The notes below the pieces were generated by a model. That model was not told the DNA's origin. It worked only from the letters and a program-made list of their open reading frames with translations, and ran no database searches. A stretch of DNA of 64,000 nucleotides from Octopus vulgaris (lineage: Eukaryota), in the NCBI GenBank assembly GCA_951406725.2, contig OX597815.1, forward strand, positions 91,202,001 to 91,266,000, in the 5' to 3' direction. Shown in pieces: positions 55,589 through 64,000 of the stretch (its first letter is position 1; each line of letters begins with the position of its first letter). Made by a program: the position numbers and the translations under genes.

Positions 55589-55592
<4 letters not shown>
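55212..55592 (+). mobile_element. Helentron-associated non-autonomous element (HINE/DINE-like)
   Basis: 5' TACTAGCAGTATCGCCCGGCGTTGCTC, internal CAAGTTTCATCAGAATC, ACAG/ACAC microsatellite, 3' AAACTGCCGTTTATATAG; inserted in (TA)n. Confidence 0.7.
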
Positions 55593-55619
<27 letters not shown>

Positions 55620-55623
<4 letters not shown>

Positions 55624-55905
55624 TATTGAGCAAAAACACCTAAAGCTCCACGAGGCTCCGGCAGGGGATGGTGGTGATCCCTGCTGTACTCTCTCACCAC
55701 AACTTTCTCTCACTCTTACTTCCTGTTTCTGTATTTCAAAGGGCCTTGTCACTCTCTGTGTCACGCTGAATATCCTCGAGAACTACGTTAAGGGTACACG
55801 TGTCTGTGGAGTGCTCAGCCACTTGCACGTTAATTTCACGAGCAGGCTGTTCCATTGATTCGGATCAACCGGAACCCTCGTCGTCGTAACCGACGGAGTA
55901 CTTCC
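55620..55905 (+). mobile_element. SINE-like repeat family D
   Basis: The segment AAGGGTACACGTGTCTGTGGAGTGCTCAGCCACTTGCACGTTAATTTCACGAGC recurs at ~11930-12040(+), 29840-29930(+) and 49330-49520(-). Confidence 0.7.
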
Positions 55906-56174
55906 ATTCCATCATATATATATATATATAAATTAGAAAAAAACACCTTTTATCAATTCAAAATGAACAATAAATTACACCATCTAGAAAATTACATATA
56001 ATAGAAATATTAAAATTAAAATAACAATAATATACCGAAGATTAAGTAAATTGCAAAAAAACGTATATATTCTATCAAATATATACGTTTTTCTGCAATA
56101 TATATGCATACACACACACACACACACACTACACACCTACACACACAAACTCACACACACACACACACACAGAT

Positions 56175-56400
56175 GGTTGAAAAAGTTTATTTCCTGTGCT
56201 CTCCTAGTGTTTATTGCTCCTGCACATGTGCTACGACAGTTTGCTTTGTCTGTTACTCTCCCTGTGGTTCTACTGCACTTCTTGTATACCCAAAGTTTTC
56301 ACTGGATACTCTATATGGAATTTCTAACTCCTCTTCTCTGACATACTGAACAATGCCATTTCTCTGGTGGAAGCAGAATCCTGTCTGTTTTCCTACTAAC
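56175..56400 (-). pseudogene. RTE LINE fragment (Cys-rich segment)
   Basis: Minus strand KWHCSVCQRRGVRNSI*SIQ*KLWVYKKCS...CAGAI, homologous to 23480-23625 of the long RTE. Confidence 0.75.
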
Positions 56401-56892
56401 TAAAACTTTGGTCATATGTAAAAATTTTGAAATTTTGATTCTTTTAACGTTTTCATTTTATATTGCTTCATTGTTTTTTTTTTAAGATATTCTTTTATTC
56501 TTTTACACATTTCAGTCATTTGACTAGAGCCATACTGGAGCACCACCTTAAAGGATTTTTAGTTGAAGAAATCAACCCCAGGACTTATTCTTTGTAAGCC
56601 TAGTACTTATTCTATTGGTTTCTTTTGCTGGACCGCTAAGTTACTGGGACATAAACACACCAACGTCGGTTGTCAAGCAATGGTGGGGTAACAAACAATG
56701 ACACACACACATAAGTATATATATATATCATATGGTTAATTGTGCCTATTTATGTATTCATGTACATATATAGGTGTATATATTTGCTTATGTATATATA
56801 TGTGTATCTATGTATGGATATATACTTATATATATATTAAATTGTATGTGTATCCTGTTTCATGTATATATTTATATTTTGAAAGTACTTTA

Positions 56893-57000
56893 TAATCTCT
56901 GAGGAGGCCCCATTTTTAACTGCCTACAACTTCAATATAATTGACAAGTATAGGCACAAAAAAAACTTTTTTCCATATACTGAAACATCTTTAAGTGATT
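56893..57000 (+). ncRNA. decayed hammerhead ribozyme
   Basis: aatct-CTGAGGA (56899-56905)...GAAAC (56982-56986)-atct-tta-agtgatt, with an internal TGCCTA/TAGGCA hairpin. The base of stem II and stem III are eroded. Confidence 0.5.
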
Positions 57001-57190
57001 TTAATGATTCTAACAATTTAAATTAATGTTTTTCTAATAACTACTTGTATTCTTATCTTAAATGTATTGAATTTTATGCTGTATATATGTATGCTATTAT
57101 GGTTGTAGTTTTGATAATTAAATAAGGCAACATTCTAATATCCTAAACCTGATACACCAACTAATGTGTTTCTCCATTTTCATATTTGTA

Positions 57191-57229
<39 letters not shown>

Positions 57230-57312
57230 CACATACATAGATATGTATATACATATTTATATATACATACATATGTATATACATATTTATATATACATAC
57301 ATACAAGTGTAT

Positions 57313-57371
<59 letters not shown>

Positions 57372-57465
57372 TATATATATTTATATATATATTTGTGTGT
57401 GTGTGTATATATGTATGTATATATATATACATACATACATATATATATACATATATATATATATA

Positions 57466-58165
57466 CCCGTGTCGGTGGCACGTAAAAGCACCATCCGTTC
57501 GTGGCCGTTTGCCAGCTCTGTCTGGCCCCGTGTCGGTGGCACGTAAAAGCACCATCCGTCCGTGTCCGTTGCCAGCCTCGGCTGGCCCCGTGCCGGTGAC
57601 ACGTAAAAGCACCGTCCGCTCGTGGCCGTTTGCCAGCTCTGTCTGGCAACCGTGTCGGTGGCACGTAAAAGCACCATCTGTTTGCATCCGTTGCCAGCCT
57701 CGGCTGGCCCCCGTGCCGGTGACACGTAAAAGCACCATCCGTTCGTGGCCGTTTGCCAGCTCTGTCTGGCCCTGTGTCGGTGGCACGTAAAAGCACCATC
57801 CGTCCGTGTCCGTTGCCAGCCTCGGCTGGCCCCCGTGCCGGTGACACGTAAAAGCACCGTCCGCTCGTGGCCGTTTGCCAGCTCTGTCTGGCAACCGTGT
57901 CGGTGGCACGTAAAAGCACCATCCGTTCACGTCCGTTGCCAGCCTCGGCTGGCCCCCGTGCCAGTGACACGTAAAAGCACCGTCCGTTCGTGGCCGGTTG
58001 CCAGCTCTGTCTGGCCCCGTGTCGGTGGGACATAAAAGCACCATCCGTTCGTGTCCGTTGCCAGCATCGCCTGGCCCCGTGCCGGTGACACGTAAAAGCA
58101 CCATCCGTTCGTGGCCGTTCGCCAGCTCTGTCTGGCACCTGTGCAGGTGGCACGTAAAAACACCC
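57466..58165 (+). repeat. GC-rich tandem array, 11 units of ~61 bp plus a partial unit, alternating A/B
   Basis: Unit CCCGTGYCGGTGRCACGTAAAAGCACCRTCCG..CCGTT(T)GCCAG[CTCTGT or CCTCGG]CTGGC. It runs directly into the RTE-type tail, which ends in (GAT)n at ~58332. Confidence 0.95.
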
Positions 58166-58332
58166 ACTACACTCGCGGAGTGGTTGGCGTTAGGAAGGGC
58201 ATCCAGCCGTAGAAACACTGCCAGATCTGACTGGGCCTGACGAAGCCTTCCAGCTTCACAGACCCCAGTTGACCCGTCCAACCCATGCTAGCATGGAAAA
58301 CGGACGCTAAACGATGATGATGATGATGATGA

Positions 58333-58365
<33 letters not shown>

Positions 58366-58377
58366 TATCATACACAG

Positions 58378-58408
<31 letters not shown>

Positions 58409-58555
58409 AAGCTTCTTTCAGTTTACGTCTACTAAATCCACTCACAAGGCTTTGGTCAGTCCAAGGCTATAGAAGAAGACAGTTGCCCAAGGTACCATGC
58501 AGTGAAACTGAACACAGAACCATGTGGTTGGCACTTCACAGCTATGCCAGCGTCT

Positions 58556-59457
58556 ATGGATGTGTGCATACTCAACAGAGTGTAAGTGCCTTGAGAGAAA
58601 AGTTGGACTTAAGAAGCATCAGATGTGGTGTGCAAGAGAGACAATTGCGCTGGTATGGTCATGTGGTGAGAATGGATGAGGATAGCTATGTGAAAAATGT
58701 CACACCCTAGCAGTTGAGGGAACCTGTGGAAAAGGTAGACTCAGGAACACCTGGGGTGAGGTAGTGAAGCATGACCTTTGAACATTAGGCCTCACTGAGG
58801 CAATGACTAGTGACCAAGACCTTTGGAGATATGCTGTGCTTGAGAAGACCCAGCAAGCCAAATGAGACCATAACCCATAGCCGATGTCAGTGGTGTAACC
58901 AGCCCACTTATGCATACTTTTCCTTCATTGGACACTAAACTCCACTTGCGAAGACATGTTGAGGCAAGTGAAATCGAAATCAAATTCAATGACAGCAATG
59001 CATGACTGGCATCCATGCTAGTGGAGCGCTAAGAACACCATCCGAGCATGATCATTGCCAGGGCTGCTGACTGGCTCTAATGCTGGTGGCATGTAAAAAG
59101 CACCATTCGAGCATGATCATTACCAGCGTCACCTTACTGGCACTTGTAAAAATCAACATTTGAGCAAGGTTGTTGCCAGTGCTGCTGGACTAGTTCCTGT
59201 GCAGTTGGCACATAGAAAACACCATTTGACCATGTCCATTGCCATTACCACCTGACTGGCCCTCATATCAGTTGTACATAAAAGTACCCACTACACTCTC
59301 AGAGTGGTTGGTGTTAGGAAGGGCATTCAGCTGTAGAAACTCAGCCAGATTAGATTGGAGCGTGATGCAGCCATCTGGCTCGCCAGTCCTCAGTCAAACC
59401 GTCCAACCCATGCCAGCATGGAAAGCATATGTTAAACAAAGATGATGATGATGATGA
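58556..59457 (+). mobile_element. RTE LINE 3' end with unit-bearing 3' UTR
   Basis: LREKLDLRSIRCGVQERQLRWYGHVVRMDED..GRLRNTW, then 3-4 decayed ~60-bp units and the tail. An inverted relative lies at 59935-60560. Further ORF-end fragments at ~1545-1680 and ~12060-12150. Confidence 0.85.
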
Positions 59458-59769
59458 TAATTATATCAATTGTGTTGTTATTGTGTAAAAGTAATGTATT
59501 GTTATTTGATAAATGGCTTAAAATATTTGTTTTATTACATAAAATGCACTATTGCCGGTACCACAGAGAATGCACGCATGCTGGTGCTACATAAAATGCA
59601 CTCAAGCAGGTAGAATATAAATAGCACCCAGTACACACAGTAAAGTGTTTGGCATTAGGAAGAGCATCCAGCCATAGAAGCCAGGCCAAAACAGACAAAG
59701 CTCCTGTCAAACCATCTAACCCATGCCAGCATGGGAAACAGACATTAAATAATGAGGATGATGATGATG

Positions 59770-59916
59770 GCGGTGGTGGTGGTGGTTATGATGGTGGTGG
59801 TGGTGGTGGTGGTGGTGGTGGCGGCGGCGGTGGTGGTGGTGGTGGTGGTGGTGGTGGTGGTGGTGGAGGTGGTGGTGGTGGTGGTGGTGGTGGTGGTGGT
59901 GGTGGTGGTGGTGGTG
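59770..59916 (+). repeat. (GGT)n microsatellite
   Basis: Long GGT run with a few GGC/GGA interruptions. Other simple repeats ((TA)n, (CA)n, (TACA)n, (GAT)n, (TAA)n, (GA)n) occur throughout the window. Confidence 0.95.
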
Positions 59917-62419
59917 ATGAGGATTTTAGTTATCATCATCATCATCATCATCATCCGTTTTCCATGCTGGCCTGAGTTGGACGGTTTGACTGGGGTCTGG
60001 GAAGCCAGGAGGCTGCACCAGGCTCCAGTCTGATCTGGCAGTGTTTCTACAGCTGGATGCCCCTCCTAAGGCCAACCACTCCGAGAGTGTAGTGGGTGCT
60101 TTTTATGTACCACCAGCACAGGGGCCAGAGGAGGCTGGCAATGACCACGATCGGTTGGTGCTTTTTACGTGCCACCAGCACAGAAGCCAGTCAATGTGGC
60201 GCTGGCATCGGCCACATTCAGATGGTGCTTTTTACGTGCCACTGGCACGGGGATCATAACTACTGTTTCCATTTGATTTTGATTTTGATGTACTTGACTC
60301 AATAGGTCTCCTCAAGCACAGCATGTCACCCTACAATCCAAGGTACTTTTGAGTGGGCTGGTTATGCAACACTGGTGTAGATTACAGTTGTGAACTCACT
60401 TTATTTTCCAGGTCTTCTCAGTCACAGCATATCTCCGGAAGTCTCGGTCTTTCGTCATTGTCTCTGTGAGGTCCAACATTCGAAGGTCATGTTTCACCAC
60501 CTGATCCCATATCTTCCTGAGTTTCCCTCTACCCCGAGAGAATGTAAATGGAATGGGACATTTCTTTACTGCACATTTTCTTCTTTTTTTTTGCTTCATT
60601 AAAATTGTGACTTCTTATGTAACCTATTTCTCTTAACCATTTAAAGATTGAACTCATACAGTATTTATTTTCAACTCCAAATGGTTCTAAGTTATCATAA
60701 GTGAAGGCTGAAACCCCACTTCATCTCTCAGAATTTGATAAAGCAAGTTTATTGATCAAGTGACTCTTGTTCCTCTTCTATGAAAATCTGACAAATCTGT
60801 TGTTGAAAGAAATCCATATTTTTTCCATGTTTGAATTATTGCTACTATTGTTTCCATTCTTAGAAATATATCATTATAAAAGATCTCCTCTGGTTCAAAA
60901 TAAATCTGACAATTTTGTAAGTTTTATTTCTTTTCCCTTATCTCACTTTATACTGTTTTATTGTAGAATTATTTCGACAAGAGAAATTAAGGAAAAAATT
61001 TTTTAAAAAGTTCCAAAAAATTGTCACCTTAAAAAATGAAAATAAAAATGGTTGCAGCTAATTTAATAATATTTCCTAGAAATATATAACTCCTTCCCCG
61101 ACTGTCTTCTGATAATTTTAAATTGCTCCAAAGATTAGATTCAAAATCCAATAATATCTTTAAAGAATGAAAGAGAAAACATTATAAAGTCAGCAATAAC
61201 AACAATGATAATATCATTAATAATAATGATGATAATAATAATAATGATGATGATGATGATGACAGAAAATAATTATTATAGTAAAACCCAAATTCCTCCA
61301 ACCCTCATCTACTCTCAAAGATGCACACAAAATAACCTTTTGAAATGATTACTTTCAGAGTTTTGGGTGAATTAGAGGTCTTTGAGTGATATTCTTGATT
61401 TGGATGATGGAAAACTGTAGAAAAAAAAAATGCAGATTAATTTACTGTAAGAAAAAATCATTATGTGGTATTATAAGTGATCAAAACTGATTTGGATAGG
61501 AAAAAATATAATAAAATAAATATATCGAAAGAATACACCAAAGCTAAACAATGCAACAATACTACCACCATCACCACCAACAACGACATTGTCTACAACA
61601 GCAGCATCAGTATTAGTAGCAACAAGAAACTAGCCTTGTGGTATCAAAAACGATGTGGAAAAACTTTCGGAAAGTACTAATCTTTATTTATTTCAGTCTA
61701 TAATCTTCTTAAGGGTAAAGCTTTCCACTGTTTTCAGTGAAATAAAGAGAAGTACAAACATGCTTCAGCTTAGAAGCAAACAACAACAGCAACAACAAAT
61801 AACGAAAGAAAAATTGATCTGGTTTCACCTCACAGAAAATTGTATTATATGATTGCCATTAAGATTTGCTTAGAAAATACAATAGATATAGAAATAAATA
61901 TAGAAAAAAAACAAAAGCCATATATTTTTTCTCTACCTGTCTATGTCTATCTGTTAGACTGACTGACCATCTAAGTCAGTAACAGTATTCATTCTTTCTC
62001 TATTTTATTATCTCTCTCTTTCTCCTCCTCCTATCTCTCTCTCCCTCCTTCTCTCCCTCTCTCTCTCCTTCTCTCTTTCCTTCAATAAATTTGTTTTTTC
62101 ATATGCACACACACACACACATGCATACACACACACACATGCACACACACTCACACACAAACACATACACACACATATTCATGCAAAGCTCCAACTCAAT
62201 AATAACCCCTAATTGTATGTGCAGGGCAAACACACAATATGCTAGAGTTGTGCACTTTAGTGGAGTGGCTAGGTGGTAACAACTGTGAGAGACCTTCACC
62301 TGTCATCAAACAATCATGCTTTCCCTTTGAGGTGCAGTAAAAAGGCAAAAAACATCAACCCTCCTATCATAAGAGATTCTCCTCCTGTCAGGTAAAACAT
62401 CTCAGAAATACAGCAGGTA

Positions 62420-63500
62420 CAAGGAAAAGTAGGTATGGTGTGATTATAGACAAGCTAGATGTATGACTGAGAGAAGCTTCAGTCAAACTCCTCTCCAGCA
62501 AAAATATCAGTGCAATACCAGCAAAGAATACCAGTTCTTCTGGGTAGGTAACAGTACTGGTTTAAGTGGAGTAGACATTCTGCTTGCTGGAATGTAGGCA
62601 GATAATGTGATGAAGGTAGTAAGAGTGGTATGTGACAGGATTAATTGGGGAAAAGTAATAGATATTATCATCACAATTGTAGGCAAAGTAATAGCAAATG
62701 TTATCACTGCCTATGTCCCACTATTGTGACTAACTAATGAGCAAAAGAGCTACTTATCATATGTGAGGCTCTCTCATGAACCTCCTCAATAACAGATGAC
62801 AGAAACACCCTTATCCTTGGCTGGCGACTTTGGAGGATGTTGGGCAGCACTGTGATGGCTACTCTGGAATACATAGTAGTTATTTTTATTCTTCTAGAAA
62901 TAATGAGGAATCAAGGCTTTTGGTGTTCTATGAAGCAAATGAGTTAACCATTTGCAATATTAACTTCAAGGAACCAAATGCCACTTCTTTACCTTTCAAC
63001 CAGGTAAACTACAAACCAAAAAGTTTTCTTTCAAACAGGAAAACAGTCTTTTTCTGGTGAAAAATGTATCACCCAACATGAACAGAGAACCAAAAAAAAA
63101 AATTGAAAAATAGAAAAAGAAAATCTGGAGAAGCAAGGTGTGGAAACTAAGACATCTCTCTGCTAAATATATGTGCAGAGTGATTCTAGGTGATTGCCAT
63201 AATGGTAAAAAGGAGATACAGGGACCTATAATTTAGTGGACAACAAGAAGTTTCGAACTTGCTAAAAGCTATAGACAAGGTATATAGCTGGAACAAGGTA
63301 TTAATTAGATGGGAAGTAACAGGGTGGTGGTGTACTACCATGGATATGACCATAAAAGCTGAAAGACAGGCCTGGAAAGAATGGAAGAAAGAGGACAGCA
63401 AAATGCAATACCACATCACAAGAAAAGAACCTAGAATTATAAAGATATATAGTGCAGAGGGAAGCCAAAAGAATAAGGTTTGACATCCAGCACTGAGAGG
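62420..63500 (+). pseudogene. decayed RTE LINE 5' part (APE endonuclease and linker)
   Basis: GVDILLAG, VRVVCDRI, ITAYVP, AGDF and WWCTTMDMTIKAERQAWKEWK; collinear with 21300-22450. Confidence 0.75.
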
Positions 63501-64000
63501 TTCAGAGGCACAAACCTCTCTCTTTCTTACTCTCTGTTCATCTTACCATCTTTTATTAACTCTCTACTACTTCCTCTTTGTATTTCAGTTTCTCCTTTTA
63601 TATCTCTAGCTTACCCTTGAACATTCCTTGTCTGACTTTGTCACTTAAACCCCAATCTTTCTCTCTACCTTGGTCTCTCTCACTATCACCTTTTTACATT
63701 TAACTCTCTTTTCCCCTTCTCTATAAATGTACCTTTATTTCTGCTTCTCTTCTTACTCTCTCCTCACCCTGCCCCTTACTCTCTCTGTTTCTAACTATTC
63801 GTGATTCTGTCTATGGTTCATTATCCTTTTCCTGTCTTGCACATTCTCTACTCCATCTTTGCCTATCTTTTTCTTTCTTCCACTGCTCTCTTTCTCACTC
63901 TAACTCTTCATTTCTCTCTCTCTTCTTACTCTTTTTCACTCTTTATGTTTCTCTCCCTCTCACTCTCTCTCTCTCTCTCTCTGTGTTGCTTTCTCTCTGT

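Noticed and set aside
57118-58281. 387-aa and 288-aa ORFs, and the CRISPR-like look of the array
   Set aside because: The ORFs are read-through of the tandem array and (TA)n. The intervening segments are near-identical alternating variants rather than unique spacers, there are no cas genes, and the context is eukaryotic.
59649-60033. Poly-Gly / poly-Val / poly-Thr ORFs
   Set aside because: (GGT)n microsatellite between two retroelement tails.

Overview
AT-rich eukaryotic non-coding DNA, intronic or intergenic. The microsatellite density and SINE/LINE repertoire look like a coleoid cephalopod, probably Octopus (inference from repeat content only). No intact protein-coding gene is supported: nearly all ORFs in the track are microsatellite read-throughs or decayed transposon fragments. 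Contents: a near full-length decayed RTE LINE plus RTE fragments, an RLE-type (R4-like) LINE remnant, two Penelope-like element (PLE) remnants, three mariner remnants, a Tc1-type MITE, Helentron-type non-autonomous elements and many SINEs from about four families. The main signal the ORF track misses is RNA structure. There are two apparently intact type I hammerhead ribozymes (11179-11285, 12498-12610) in short ORF-less units flanked by microsatellites. There are also several decayed hammerheads (one split by a SINE in loop II) and a decayed HDV-like fold. An 11-unit ~61-bp array in an RTE-type tail shows compensatory pairing across unit boundaries. All structures were folded by eye and repeat boundaries are approximate.
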